From assembly GCA_951406725.2 (NCBI GenBank), contig OX597816.1, positions 136,958,001 to 137,022,000 of the forward strand: DNA of 64,000 nucleotides, read 5' to 3'. This document shows positions 24,146-39,397 of this stretch, piece after piece. Below the pieces are notes generated by a model. The model saw only the letters and a program-made list of their open reading frames with translations, was not told the origin of the DNA and ran no database searches. Made by a program: the position numbers and the translations under genes. The stretch is from Octopus vulgaris. Taxonomy: Eukaryota. Position 1 is the stretch's first letter, and each line of letters begins with the position of its first letter.

Positions 24146-25218
24146 CAGAAGCCTGTCCTATATGTATATGTGTGTGTGTGTCTTTCTATATCTGTGTTTG
24201 TTCCCGACCACCACTTGACAATTGACGTTGGTTTGTTTATGTCCCTATAACTTAGCAGTTTGGCAAAAAGTGACCAATAGAATAAGTACCAGGCTTAAAG
24301 AAAACATAAGTCCTGAGGTTGATTCATTCATTCCATAAAAAGGATCTTCAAAGCGGTGCCCCGGCATGGCCACAGTCTAATGATTGAAACAGATAAAATG
24401 TAAAAGGTAAAGATACATATAACACACATGTACAAACATGCATATACATGCACACACCCACTCATACATATGCATATATATATTTTTATTTTACTTGTCA
24501 TTTAACTGTGGCCATGCTGGAGCACTTCTTTTTAGTCGGACAAATTAATCCCAGGACTTATTCTTTGCAAACCTGGTACTTATTCTATCAGTCTACTTTG
24601 CTGAACCACTATGTTACGGGAATGTAAACACACCAGATCCACTCACAAGGCTTTGGTTGGCCCAAAGCTATAGTAGAAGACACTTACCCAAGGTGCCATG
24701 CAGTGGGAATGAACCTGGAACCATGTGGTTGCGAAAGAAGCTTCTTTCAACACAGCCTTATTTATTTTTGATAAAATGTCAAGAATTTTAATTTGGAAGG
24801 GGGTTAATGATGTTATCATGATATTTTCTTTCTGTTGTTCAGTTCTTTGTTTAATGATTAATGGTTCCTGTTTTTGCAGAAAATTTTAAAAATATTTAAT
24901 TTGTTTTTTGAAATATCATTGATTTCTATTTTAGTATTCATTTTATGATGGTTGTATCCACCTGGTCGATTACAGGCTGACACGTATATATGTACACATA
25001 CATCATCAGCGTTTAACATCCGCATTCCATACACGCACAAAAATATAATTATGTGTATATGTATGTGTGTGTGTGTGTATGTACATATATATGTGTGTGT
25101 GTATATCTATATCTATATCTATATCTATCTATCTATCTATCTATCTATATATATATATATATATGTCCAACCCATGCTAGCATGGAAAACGGACGCTAAA
25201 CGATGATGATGATGATGA

Positions 25219-25272
<54 letters not shown>

Positions 25273-25317
25273 TCATCATCATCATCGTTTAACGTCCACT
25301 TTCCATGCTAGCATGGG

Positions 25318-25367
<50 letters not shown>

Positions 25368-25449
25368 GTAAATGTGTTTGTGTTTGTGTACATTTGTATA
25401 TGTGTGTGTGGGTGTGTGTGTTTGTGTGTGTATATATATATATTTTTTT

Positions 25450-25481
<32 letters not shown>

Positions 25482-26699
25482 AATGGTGAGCCTCTTCAAT
25501 ATTAATAATGTCAAATTTATTGTGTAAGTTTCATCAAGTTTCGTCTTAGCTAAGGTGAATCTTGAAGTCCAAGTAAACTCTAACATGATTAATACACACA
25601 CACACACACACACACTTACTAAATTACTGTTGAAACTGTATTTCTAAGCAACTCTTATATTATGACACATATAAATATAATTTCTATATGCACAATATGT
25701 TCATAGAGAGAAAAAGAAGGAACAGCTGTATGTACTGCTTATTTTAACTCTGGTTGGAAACTCCATGCAGAGATAATATCTGTAGTATTTCAGCTGTTTC
25801 TTCTTTTTCTGAGAGTGAGCATATTCTGTACATAGATGTAATGTCTACTACATTCATTGTAACATACAGTGTTGGTTAAAAATCTACAGATACATTTCAT
25901 AGGACATTATAGGTGCAGGCATGGCTGTGTAATAAGAAGCTTGCTTCCCAACCACATGGTATTCACACATTTTTCTTATATTTTTCTTATATGCTTGTAC
26001 TGATGAGTTGTGCTTCATCTTCCGCGATTTCATGCATGTGTATTCTATATGAAAGAAAAAGCATTATGTGATTAAATGTTCGAGATATGAAATGTTACGT
26101 GGATGACCTTATATTTGTTTGTTCTGCAACCATAGTTTAATATATATATATATGGTGATGTGGTGGTGACACCCTTCGGTCAGACACTGACCATGGGTTT
26201 GCACCTAGAGAGTTACCCTCTGAGGCACAAGTCTGGGCAAGGTTGTTTTTTATGGAAGACCAGCAGTCGCCCATGCATACCGGCCTCCCCTCTCCACGTC
26301 ACCGTTGTTGTCCAAGGGAAAGGCAAGGGCCGATACAGCTTGGCACCTGTGACGTCGCAACTCATTTCTACAGCTGAGTGTGTTTGTTCCTCCACAGTCG
26401 CTTGACAACAGTTTCGCAAAAGAGACCAATAGAATGAGCACTAGACTTACAAAGAATAAGTTCTGGGGTTGATTTGTTCAACTAAAACTCTTTTAAGGTG
26501 GTGCTCCAGCATGGCTGCAGTCAAATGACTGAAATGTGTAAAAGAATAAAAGAATATAGAATACTTATGTGCATACATGCATAAATGCATACACACATAA
26601 GCAGACACACACATACATATATGCATATACATATACATACACACACACACACACACGTACATATATAAGAATGAGTGCATATTAGCAGAAGACATGCGT

Positions 26700-28195
26700 A
26701 GGTACGTTTGGAGAAAGCTTTGAGATGATATTAACATTGATAATCAAATCAGTCTATCATGGACCAACTCCCACTTTGAAGGTTATGTATTTGCTATCCA
26801 GGAACAGGAAATAGCAACCAAATACCTGATGCACAAAAGGGACAGACACCAAAATGTGATAACCAATGTAGGCTTTGTGGAGTTAACAGTAAAGATATCA
26901 CCCACATTATAAGCAGTTATCTAAAAATGTCATTGTGGTATTATCTACTGATAAGACATAATGTAACCAGGATAGTATATAATGAGATTCATCGGAAGAA
27001 TAATCATGAGGCCAAAGAAATAAGGACCCACAGCATAGTAGAGGCCATAGCCACTTATAATAAGAAGGAGTACTGATGAAAACCTCAATGTAAATGTAAA
27101 CGTAATAGTCCTGATATAGTGGTTTTTGACAGAGAAGAGAAACTGTGTACAGTAGTAGAAAGTAGCTGCTCAGCATATGTTAACATAAAGCTAAAGAAAG
27201 CAAACAAGAAAACGCATATGCTGAGCAATTGAGAAATCTACAGTTACTCTACCTAGATTGCAAGTTCAGGTTTATACCTGTAACTATTGGGGCACTGGGA
27301 TATGTAACACACTGCCTAAGTACCAATCTGGAGAAATTAGGCTTCTCAAAGTCAGAAAAGAGAAAACTGATTCAAAGACTACAGATCTAAAGCATCACTA
27401 GAACTGTAAAGATTTGAAAAACTTTCCAGAAGTTTATTATTTAAGTATATATGTGCATGTCCAGACATGCACATATATTCTTAAATAATAAGTGCTATAT
27501 AGTTATATGCAAGAGAATACATACATAAAACAATACATACAAATCTGCACATGCACTGACTCTAAATACTGCATATATACACACATACATGCAAAAATAC
27601 CTTGTTGATATTGTTGAAATACTATTGAAGCGTCCTTGGGTCTAGGTTAGAAACCAGCTCTTTCTCTATTGGCAAGAAATCTTGAAATGAAACTGACTAA
27701 TGACATACATGCAGGCACACATACATGCATGCATACACACATACATACATAAATGATACATACATACATAATACATACATACATACATACATACATACAT
27801 ACATACATACATACATACATACATACATACATACATACTACAGCTACTCTATCCAGATTAACTATTAGGGCACTGGGATATGTAACACACTGCCTAAGTA
27901 CCAATCTTGAGAAATTAGGCTTCTCAAAATCATATGAAAGGAGAAAGCTGCTTTGAAGGCTATAAATCCAAGCCATCACTGAAACTGTAAAAATCTGTAA
28001 AACTTTCCTGAAGTTTATCATGGGAATACATACATACATGCACTGATTCCAAATACTGCACACATACATACATACATGCAAAAATACCTTGTTGATGTTG
28101 AAATTCCATTGAAGTTACCTTGGATCTTGGTTAGAAACTGGCTCTTTCTCTTTTGACAAAATATCTTGAAATAAAACAGAATAATGACAAACAAA
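26700..28195 (+). mobile_element. R4/Dong-like non-LTR retrotransposon 3' part (restriction-like endonuclease), duplicated 3' end
   Basis: Decayed frames HFEGYVFAIQEQEIATKY, RNSPDIVVFD, FIPVTIGALGYVTHCL; 27240-27700 repeated at 27840-28195; (ATAC)n tracts. Confidence 0.75.
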
Positions 28196-28264
28196 CATAC
28201 ATATATACATACATTCATACACACACACACGCGCACGCACACACACACACACACACACACGCAT

Positions 28265-28990
28265 GCATGAAGGATGTATGGAAAGTAATGCAAAGTGGAT
28301 AATTATTTCTTTATATTGAACATATGCTGTTGAAAATGTACATGTTGGCAAAGATACTTTTCTACTAAAGTAACTCTTATCCATGTCCTTCTTCATTTCA
28401 GACAAATAAATGGTTTCCAACCAGAAGTTACATACCATTACTCAGTTCTTGATGAAGGAGAGGTGTAAGCTGTCTAGAGAAGGCTGTTGGCTGTTTACAA
28501 AAATGACGTTATTGTAAAAAGCACTGGACACAGATGTATGAAGAACTTTAACCCTTTAGCATTCAGATTTCTTTATGAAATATAATGCTTATTTATTCAC
28601 ATTAAATTACTTATTCATTATATTCTAACTTTAAGATTTCAATGATGTCATTGTATATTTCTAGACTGACATTGCAGGGGAGGTATGAGAAGTTGGATCT
28701 GGTCAGTTTTAGCATAAAACACATAGAATATTAGAACCAGTTAAGGCTGGTTTAAATGCCAAAGGATCAATGACTGGGAAACTAGCATTGAAGACAAACC
28801 AATCAATGGAAGACTATCAACTGCTACCACCGACAAAAATTATCAGTGAATGGACAAATTGATTTTTGTAGACAGATGAGTCGCAATCCATGAGTTTGCT
28901 GCACTATTGGACTGTAGTTACAACATATTACACATGATGGTCAAAGACCCTGAGTACTGAAAAGTGGGTGCAAAATGGAAACCTTGGAAG
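28265..28990 (+). mobile_element. Old mariner remnant interrupted by a piggyBac-type MITE (28552-28766)
   Basis: MVSNQKLHTITQFLMKERCK / RRLLAVYK resemble a mariner N-terminus; KVGAKW near 28962. Confidence 0.6.
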
Positions 28991-29246
28991 TGTTTTTCTA
29001 CTGCCATTCAGAATGTCAATGCCAGTAGCAAACAGTTTGAATATTTGAGAAATTATTATTGATATGTATAATCAATAAAATAGATTTTGTGTGCAAGTTT
29101 TGTTTTTCATTACTGTATACCAACTTTTGCAGCCCTCTGTATTTCCTTTGTGGCTTGACATGTTTTCATGAAAGATTGGAAATGACACCATTTGTAATGT
29201 GGTGACTGGTATTTACAACTATCATGTGATATGAAGACAAAAGAAA

Positions 29247-29665
29247 TGGCAGGGTGGCAGAACCATTAGCATGCCAGACAAAATGATTCATAAGATTTCT
29301 TTCAGCTTTATGTTCTGAGTTCAAATTCCACCAAGGGTGACTTTGCCTTTCATCCTTTTGAGGTCAGCAGAATAATTACCAGTTGAGTACAGGGGTCAAT
29401 GTAATTGACTAGCCTCCTTCTCCCAAATTTCAGGCCTTGCATGTATAGTAGAAACTATAAAAGGCAGCAAGCTGGCTGAACTGTGAGCATGCTGAACAAA
29501 ATGCTCATAGCATTTCTTCTGTCTTTATGTTTTGAGTTCAGATTCTCTTGAAGTCTACTTTGCCTTTCATCCTTTTGGGGTTGATAAAATAAGTACTAGT
29601 TGAGTACTAGGGTCAATGACATCAGTTAGACCCCACCCCTAAAATTCCAAGCCTTGTGTCTATAT
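29247..29665 (+). mobile_element. Two tandem decayed SINE family B copies
   Basis: Similar to 20943-21178; another copy at 49718-49925. Confidence 0.7.
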
Positions 29666-30141
29666 TATCAAGAATATCAGGACAATTGGACGCAAACACA
29701 CAAATATACATACACACACCCAGGCATGAACATGATGGGCTCCACACAGTTTCTCTCTATCAAATCCACTCACAAGGCTTTAATTAGCATGGGGCCATGA
29801 TAGAAGATACTTGCCCAAGGTGATATGCAATGGGACTAAACTCAAAACCATGTGGTTTGGAAGTGAACTTTTAACTACGTATTCCACGCCTGTACCAGTT
29901 TTTTATTTTTTTTCTGTTTTGTTCAGGTGAACACATTACAGCTTTAACAATTTTAAGCTATTTGGCTCTCTTGAAAGTTAGTATAAGATAGTCAGAAGAA
30001 AACAATGACAAAATTGATTATTGAAGAATATGGCTTGATTATAAAGCAAATGTAAAACAGACTTTACAAAATGTTATACCCAACATAAAAAGTAATGATG
30101 TCAAGTCAGGAAGTAAGAGTTTTTAATAGAATTAAGTTTAA

Positions 30142-30387
30142 CTCTTTAGCATTTGTATTACTCTATCAAATGTAATGTTTATTCATTCACATTGTTTTCA
30201 GCTAATCATTTACCATCTTGTAATGTTGATATTTTGATGATGTGATTGTAAATTTTCAGAATGGCATTTTGATGATGTAATTGTAAATTTTCAAAATGGT
30301 ATTGTATGAGAGGCAGGGTCTGGCCAGTTTGAATATAAAACAGGTGGAATATTTGGGCCAGAATTGGCTGGATTAAATGCTAGAGGG
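30142..30387. mobile_element. piggyBac-type MITE
   Basis: TTAA-CTCTTTAGCATTT...AAATGCTAGAGGG-TTAA. Confidence 0.7.
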
Positions 30388-31179
30388 TTAATAAATTTAG
30401 TTTAATGTTTTTGTACTTGTCTTGCAAGACTTTTAATGTGAAAATGTATGTTTAAATAGAAGCTGTTCTATCTTTGGCAAAACAACACTTGGATAAACAT
30501 TCCATCAAATGATTTTAGTATTCTGTTATCTCTGAACTCTTAAATAAGGACAGAAATTTTTATTAAACAATATAGGTGCAGGCATGGTCATGTGGTAAGA
30601 ATTTTGCTTCTCAACAACATGATTCTGGGTTCTGTCCTAGTATGTGGCATCTTGGGCAAGTGTCTTTTATTATAGCCTCAGGCCAACCAAAACCTTGTGG
30701 GTGGATTTGGTGGATTTGGTTGACACATACTGAAAGAAGCCTGATGTGTGTTATTACTGACTCCTTGAATTGCATGATAGTTGTGAGTGTCACCATTATG
30801 CAAGCAGTGTCCTGTGTTTTCAATCATCCATGAAAAACATGTCAAGTCATGGGGAAATATATCCATACTTGGAAACAGGTGAGGGTTGGCAACAGGAAGG
30901 GTATCCAGCCATGGAAAATCTACCCCAGCAAATTCTGTACAATTCATGTAAGCATGGAAAAGTGGTCATTCAAATGATGAAGATGAGATTTTTATATTCA
31001 GAATAAGCGAAATAGTAGTAGTTAATACTGTGATGTGATTATAATAATACTGAGTTAGAAGTGACCTGTCCAACCCATGCCTGTATGGAAAAGTGGATGT
31101 AAAATTATGCTGAGGATAATATATTTACTCTATAGGATACAAACAATATAAAAAAACAACAATGATTATTTTATATATT

Positions 31180-31558
31180 TTACTTGTTTCAGTCATAAGA
31201 CTCTGACCATGCTGGGGCACTGCCTTTAAGAATTTTAGTAACATGAATTGACCTCTGTACTTAGTTTTAAGCCTGGTGCTTATTTTATCTGCTGCTTTTG
31301 CTGAACTACTAAGTTATGGGCACATAAACAAACTAACACCAGTTGTCAAGCAGCGTGAGGAATAAACACACACACACACACACATACGCGTGCATGCACA
31401 TGTGACAAGCTTCTTTCAGTTTCTGTCTACCAAATCCACTCACAAGGCTTTGGTCAGCCTGGGGCTATAGCTGAAGACACTTGCCCGAGGTGTCACACAG
31501 TGGTAGTGAACCTAGAACCATGTGATTGGGAAGTATGCTTCTTACCACACAGTCACAT
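31180..31558 (-). mobile_element. SINE family A, diverged
   Basis: Colinear with 21445-21847. Confidence 0.8.
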
Positions 31559-31727
31559 TCATTTTTGTGTGTGGTTTGCAAGATACTTAATGTGAACTTG
31601 TGTGTTAAAAGAGATTATATTATACCAATAATAAAAACATGCACTGTTTCATTTTCACTTCTTTATTATCATTCATTGATTGGTTTGCTATTTGACTATC
31701 TAATCGATTGTTTGATTAATTATATGC

Positions 31728-31940
31728 AAGTGAGTACTGAAATGTTCCTGGCTTTTGGTATAAGAAAATACAGGAGGATGAATTATTATGATTTTATTCA
31801 ATATATTCCCCTCTCAGATTCACACACTTATTGCAGCAGTCCTTCAGTTTTCCTATGCCCTATAAAAGAACTGAGAAACTTTGGCCTTCAAATAGGCCTT
31901 TCACAATACCCTTAAAGCCAGGAACTTTCAGCACCGTCAT
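31728..31940. mobile_element. mariner-derived MITE
   Basis: TIRs TACTGAAATGTTCCTGGCTTT / AAAGCCAGGAACTTTCAGCA. Confidence 0.6.
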
Positions 31941-33859
31941 CAGTGATTCAATCATTCAAAATGTGATAACCAAAGTCTTTCATTGTCATTCATGACCTTT
32001 TCAATGATATGCCCTCACTACTCAAAACCAGCTTCTTTTATTGTCATTTTCTTTGGCAAGCACAAGAAACAACATCAAGTCTTATTCTGACCTCATCAGC
32101 TTAAATCATAGCCTTCATTGTGATTAATTACTAATGAATTCTTCTTAGTATCATTTTCTGGAAGTACAAGCTTAATTGTGATCTTTTATAACTGCAAATG
32201 AGAGAAATATGGAATTATTAGATTTGTAAGAGGGAACATTTTTACATGCTTTAATAGAACAATTTTATCATTTGATATTTTTTAGGTTAACTTGATAAAC
32301 CAGTTGCTCCTTACTTAATTTTATCTTTAATTTATCAAAACTTTGTAAATGATAAGATGGAGTATCACTATTTCTGATTATTTCTAATTTAATTTTGTAT
32401 TATTTATAAGTAAGCTGTAACTGCCGCCGTTGCCAGTTGTCAAGTGGTTGTAGGGGACAAATACAGTACAAAGATATGCATATGCACTCACACTTACATG
32501 CATGTGCAAACATGCACGCACTTGCATGCACACACACACACACACGCACAAATGATGGGCTTCTTTCACTTTCTATCAGCCAAATCCACTCACAAGGGTT
32601 TGGTTGGCCTGGGGCTGTAGTAGAAGATACTTGTCCAAGGTACTGCACAGTAAGACTTGAACCCAAGCCACATGGTAGGAAAGCAAGCTTCTTACCTCAT
32701 CAGCCCCACTTGTAACTATTGTTGTGTGCATTGTTAGGGTATTATGTCACTAATGTAAATAAAGAAGCATGTAGGAGATAGAATTAAACCTTTGTGTACA
32801 TCATCATCATCATTTTATGTTCATTTTCCATGCTGGCATGGGTTGGATGGACTGGCACAGTCTAAGTCAGTTTTTGTGCAAAGTTATTGTCCTCCAAGAT
32901 AGTTTGGGAACCACATCTTGCTCATGTGTTTCATTTTTTATTCTGATTTCTATGGTTAGATGTCCTTCCTGTCATCGACCACTTTAGAGAGTGTACTGGA
33001 TGCATTTTATCATGGTAGCAAGACAAATGAGGTTTTTTGTGTTCCCTAGCTAAACAAGAAAAACATTCTTTCAGTTCTACAATATTTCTATTTGCCTGAG
33101 GCAACATGACCAAGAGACAACAATGATAGAAAGAAAAGAAGGCAAAAATATGAACAAATATGAGAATTCTAAGAAAAGTGACTTGTGATAAAGAGATGGG
33201 ATCATATTAAATTTCTTTCAACCACTTGAAGTATTTCAAATTTTCACCAGATTATTCTTTAAAAAAATGTAGTTATGCAAGCTGATGAAAAAAATTGGAT
33301 TCATTTTTTTCTAGAAATTAATAATAAAGAAGTTCTATCAGTGTAGAAAATATAAAAAATAGATGAAAGAAATTTAACAAGATCCAAGAGATGTGTTAAG
33401 CACTTATAACAGCATTTTGAGTGATATGTTATTCTAAGGAGATTCTCTTTAGTCATGTTGGAGACATAACAATCTCTAGTCTGTCAATGAACAAACTAAT
33501 GGAGACAGTTTGCAGCGGAACAGACCATGACAAGGGATGTGATAACATCTTTAGCTGGACTAAGTACTGTGATTCTCATGGGGGTGGTGTGAGGTGAAGA
33601 TTGAAGATGGACAAATAACCATGTTAAAATTAAGCTAATTTTAAATTTGATCAGGTGGGGGTGAAGAAGGAAATTTCTCTTTTTTTATAATATGGACACA
33701 GTAAAGCTGTTGGTGATTGGAAGAACATCCTATCCCCACCGCCAATAGCATGTAAGTATATGACTTAGATGTGACATCTTGTCCAAACTGTGCTAGCATG
33801 GAAAACATGGATTTAAAATGATTTTACACACACAAATATATATAAATATATATATATAT

Positions 33860-33905
<46 letters not shown>

Positions 33906-35194
33906 CCATCATTGTTTAACGTCCGTTTTCCGCGCTAGCACGGGTTGGACGGTTCGACCGGGGTCTGAGAAGCCAGGGGCTGCACCAGGCTCCAGTCTGA
34001 TCTGGCAGAGTTTCTGCAGTTGGATGCCCTTCCTAACGCCAACCACTCCGCGAGTGTAGTGGGTGCTTTTTACGTGCCATCTGCACAGGTGCCAGGGAGG
34101 CCTGGCATCGGTCACGATCGGTTGGAGCTTTTAACGTGTCACCGGCACATATATATATATATATATATATATATACATGCATATACATACATATATATGG
34201 ACTTATGGACTGAGATGTCTGGTGATATGAGGTTCTTGCGAAGACCTGCCCATGTCAGCGAAACTAAATTCTAGAAGCACTGGGTGTCCCACCTACACTT
34301 AACAAGAAAATTTCCCACACACTCTACCACAACAAACCAAATTACATCTCTATGTCTCTTCTCTTCCTCGCATTCCCATTTCATGCACTATGCTTACCTC
34401 GCACTCCCCAATCCTGTCCTCTTGGCCCTGTCCCACTAGCTCTCTGTTAGCCCCCTGACTGGTGTGTTTCACCCACAAGCTCTGTTTCACTGCTAGCTCC
34501 TGACCTGTGTGTTCCACCCACACGTAACAAGAAAACTTTTCACACACCCTACATCGACAAACCAATCTACATCTCTACACTTCTCTTCCTCATATTTCCT
34601 GTCTCTCACTCCACCAGTCCTGTCCTCATAACCCTGTTCCTCTATATCATCGCTAAGGTTAACTATATATTGCCTTTGCAGCAGCGCACCTATTTCTGTC
34701 TTCATTCCTGATTTCTCTCTCTCTTTCTTTCTTTCTCTCTCTCTCTCTCTTTCTTTCTCTCTCTCTCTCTCTCTTTCTTTCTCTCTCTCTCTCTCTTTCT
34801 TTCTCTCTCTCTCTCTCTTTCTTTCTCTCTCTCTCTCTCTCTTCCTTCTCTGACCAGGTAATCTTGTACCTCCTCTACAGCAACACACCTGTTTCTGCCT
34901 CTCTGTCTCACTATAACCTTTCATCATCTGACACAAGATCACCTCCTCCAAAGCCTCCAACCTTCTTAAAAGATATGTGTTTTGAAGGTTACATGGTGAC
35001 CCTGTCAGTGCAGGTGCCACTTAAAAAGTATCTAGTCCACACTTTAAAGTGGGTGGTGTTAGGAAGGGCCTCCAGCTGTAAAAATCCTGCCAAAACAGTT
35101 ACAGAAGTCTTGTGCAGGCTTCTACCTGTCCAGTTCCTGTCAAACCATCCCAACCACGCCAGCATGGAAAGCGGACTTTAAGCGATGATGGTGA

Positions 35195-35236
<42 letters not shown>

Positions 35237-35664
35237 TAATATAGCATCATCACCATCATCATCATCGTTTAAAGTCCACTTTCCATGCTGGCATGGGTTT
35301 GACGGTTAGACTGAGGACTGGTGAGCCAGAGGCTGCACCAGGCTCAATCTGATCTGGTAAAGTTTCTACAGCTGGATGCCCTTCCTAAAGCCAACCACTC
35401 TGAGAGTGTAGTGGGTGTTTTTACGTGCCACCTACACAAGGTCCTGTCAGGTGGTTCTGGCAACGAACATGCTCAAAAGGCGATTTTACGTGCTACTTGC
35501 ATGGGAACATCTTCGGCGGCACTGGCTACGACCATGCTCGAATATTGTTTTCCATGTAGCAGTAAGGTGACACTGGGAACGATCATGCTTGAATATGCTT
35601 TTAATGTTCTATTGGCATGAGTGCCAATCAGGTGGTACTGTCATTGGCCACGTCAGTGTTCTAA

Positions 35665-35698
<34 letters not shown>

Positions 35699-35743
35699 GT
35701 ATGCATGCATATATATATATTTATATATAGATATATATATAGA

Positions 35744-35804
<61 letters not shown>

Positions 35805-35849
35805 GTATGCATGCATATATATATATTTATATATAGATATATATATAGA

Positions 35850-35963
<114 letters not shown>

Positions 35964-35970
35964 ATATGTA

Positions 35971-38900
35971 TCATCATCATCATCATCATCATTTAAGGTC
36001 CGTTTTCCATGCTAGCATGGGTTGGATGGTTCAACTGGGGTCTGGGAAGCCAGAAGGCTGCGCCAGGCCCAGTCTGATCTGGCAGTGTTTCTACTGCTGG
36101 ATGCCCTTCCTAATGCCAACCATTCCGTGAGTGTAGTGGGTGCTTTTTATGAGCCACCTGCACAGGTGCCAGATGAGGCTGGCAATGGCCACAATCGGAT
36201 GGTGCTTTTTACGTGCCACCGACACGGAGGCCAGTCGGGGCGGCGCTGGCAACGGCCATGTTTGGATGGTTCTCTTACGTGCCACCGGCACTGGTATCAC
36301 AGCTACAATTTCCATTGATGTTGATCGATTTTGATTTTCACTTGCCTCAACAGGTCTTCACAAGTAGGGTTTGTGTCACAAGAAGGAAAGGTATGCATAA
36401 GTGGGCTGGCTACGTCCCAGATAGAGGCCACAGGTTATGGTCTCACTTGTCCTGCCGGGTCTTCCCACGCACAGCATACTTCCAAAGGTCTCAGTCTCTG
36501 GTCATTTCCTCGGTGAGACCTAAAGTTCGAAGGTCGTGCTTCACCACCTCGTCCCAGGTTTACCTGGGTCTACCTCTTCCACAGCTTCCCTCAACCACTA
36601 GGGTGTGGCACTTTTTCACACAACTACCTTCATCCATTCTTGCTAGATGACCATACCAGCGCAAATGTCTCTCTTGCACACCACAACTGATGCTTCTTAG
36701 GTCCAACTTTTCTCTCAAGGTACTTACACTCTGTCGAGTATGAACACTGACATTACACATCCATCGGAGCATACTGTCTTCATTTCTTGCGAGCTTACGC
36801 ATATCCTCAGCAGTCACGGCCCAAGTTTCACTGCTATGTAGCATGGCTGTTCATACACATGCGTCATACAGTCTGCCTTTTACTCTGAGCGAGAGGCCTT
36901 TTGTCACCAGCAGAGGTAAGAGCTCTCTGAACTTTGCCCAGGCTATTCTTACTCTAGCAGTTACACTTTCAACACACCCACCCCCACTACTGACTTGGTC
37001 ACCTAGGTAATGGAAGCTATCAATAATTTCTAGTTTTTCTTCCTGGAATGTGGCAGAAGTTGGTCTCAGAGCATTTTCAGTGTTTATTGCTCCTGAGCAT
37101 CTGCCACATACAAAAACTATCTTCCCAGTTAGCCTTCCTTTGACATTGCTGCACCTCTTATGTGTCCATAGCTTACACTTGGTGCATCTTATAGAGTTTC
37201 TACCTACGCCTTTTCTACAGATCGAGCAGGGCCATCTACCTGAAGGCATTTGTGATTTGCCTGCCTTCCTACATATTAGGACTTTGGTTTTAGCTAGGTT
37301 GATTTTAAGGCCCTTCGATTCTAATCCTTGTCTCCATACTTGAAATTTTGCCTCTAGTTCTGATAGCGACTCAGCAATTAGAGCAAGGCCATCAGCATAT
37401 AGGAGCCCCCAGGGGCATCCTGTCTTGAATTCCTCCATTATTGCCTGGAGGACTATGATAAATAGGAGGGGACTGAGGACTGAACCTTGGTGGACCCTAC
37501 CTTTACCCTGAATTCTTTAGTGTACTCGTTGCTAACCCTCACCTTACTAGCAGCGTCTCTGTACATGGCTTGCACAGCTCTCACTAACCATTCATCTATC
37601 CCTAGTTTCCTCATTGACCATCAGATAAGGGATCGGGGGACCTTGTCAAAGGCTTTCTCCATGTCAACGAAAGCCAGGTACAGGGGCTTATCTTTGGCTA
37701 GGTATTTCTCCTGCAGCTGTCTCACCAGAAATATGTCATCAGTGGTGCTTTTCCCTGGCACGAAACCAAACTGCATCTCATCCAAGCTGACTCTCTCCCT
37801 AATCAGTTGAGCTATGACCCTCTCTATTATGCTGCTACACCAGTCATTGGGTATGATTCCTTCGTGTATCACCTGGTTAACTATATGGGTGACTAGGCTA
37901 TAGCCGACACTATCAGATATCTTAAGCATCTCTGCAGTAATTCCTGATGGGCCTGAGGCTTTCCCTGTCTTCATGCTTCTGATTGCCTTAACTACTAAGG
38001 AGCTGTCTACTCGGATAGCTTGTCCCTCTGTTGGGTTGACATTCGGCAGACTCTCTTTATCCCATTCATTCTCCTTATTTAGCAGCCTCTCATAATAGTG
38101 TCCCCAAACCTCTCTCTTTGCATCCCCATCCAGCGCAAGTGAGCCATCATCCATGCGAACACATTTCTCTCCTACCACATCATGATTCTCTCTCACACAC
38201 TGTCTTGCAACACGGAATACCTCAAGTCTTTGGTTCTCACGGCGCAGAACATTGGAAAATTTTTTCTTATCTGCTTCCCCTCTGGTTAAATAAACCTGTC
38301 TCCTAGCTTCTCTTTTGGTAGTCTGATACAATTCCCTGCTACTACCATTTTTCCAGTCCTTCCAAGCCTGTCTCTTTTCTCTAATAGCCCTGTCTACAAC
38401 ATTGTTCCACCACCATGTTATTTTGGGTCGAGAGGGGACTTTGCACCAGCCACAGATCTGGTCAGTGGCTTTCAGCAGGTTGTCCCTTAGAAACCTCCAG
38501 TTGTCTTCTACCCCATGTGAAGCTATATCCCCTTCTACTTCGTCAAAGGCTTCAAGTAATATGTCCCTAAGTCTCTGTCCATTCGCAGGATCTTTAAGCT
38601 TCCAGACCCTTCTTCTCCATGTTGGTCGTCTTCTGGTCGTCCTCTTAGTCCTGATCCTAAAGTCACTAACTACCAGTCTATGTTGTGGGGTACATTCTTT
38701 GCCTGGGAAGGTTTTGGCATTTATAAGCAGCTATCTTTCCCTTTTCTTGGCAAGGATGTAGTCAATTTGGCTGGTATGTTGGCCCGATCGGTAGGTGACT
38801 TGGTGGCTGGTAGGTTTCCTGAAGTTAGTGTTGCAAACCATAAGATCATTTGCATCACAGAACTCCAGCAGCCTGGTTCCCTCCTCGTTGCGGGAGCCAT

Positions 38901-39115
38901 AGCCATAGCCTCCATGTACACCATGGAAGCCCCCAGCATGTCGTCCAACATGACCATTGAAGTCACCAGCCACAAAGAGAAGGTCTCTGTCATTCGTCAA
39001 CGAGGTAGTCTGCAGTAGGGTGTCATAGAATCGGTCTTTCTATCCATCGGGTAGGCCCGGCTGAGGGGCATAGGCTGATATAATGGTTGCTAATCCATGA
39101 TGAAGCACTAATCTA
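35971..39115 (-). mobile_element. RTE LINE, ~3.1 kb, 5'-truncated and frameshifted
   Basis: APE (AGDFNGHVG...RNEEGTRLLEFC...SQIDYIL), RT (QFGFVPGKSTTD, AFVDMEKAFDKVP, LLYADGL), PHD-like CxxC insert, LRWYGH, 3' UTR and (GAT)n tail. Confidence 0.93.
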
Positions 39116-39332
39116 ATCATGAAGCACTAAAAATACAAAATGGGACAAGAACGCAAAACATCCGGACAGCTAGGTGATACAAAAAGGGACAACAAAACAT
39201 CCAGATAGAAAATACAAAGAAAATAAGGACGGGTGATTCAAAGTTTTCTATCCTCAGTCAAGCACCAGATTATCCTTGCAATTTCGGCTGATTATTCTTG
39301 AGATTGCTCCAATCTGGTCAGCCCGAAGGTAA

Positions 39333-39392
<60 letters not shown>

Positions 39393-39397
<5 letters not shown>

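Noticed and set aside
23725-24218. Poly-Pro / poly-Gly / Ala-Val-Thr ORFs resembling formin or structural proteins
   Set aside because: Open on both strands because of triplet-derived repeats; no splice signals or domain context
28401-28465. Plus-strand exon-like segment (ttcatttcAG...GT|GTAAGC)
   Set aside because: Better explained as the start of a decayed mariner transposase
29928-29977. Strong plus-strand pyrimidine tract/AG with a short open frame
   Set aside because: Weak donor, no homology; T-rich tracts are ubiquitous here
33452-33598. 47-codon open frame after a possible acceptor (HVGDITISSLSMNKLMETVCSG...)
   Set aside because: No recognisable homology or partner exons; expected by chance
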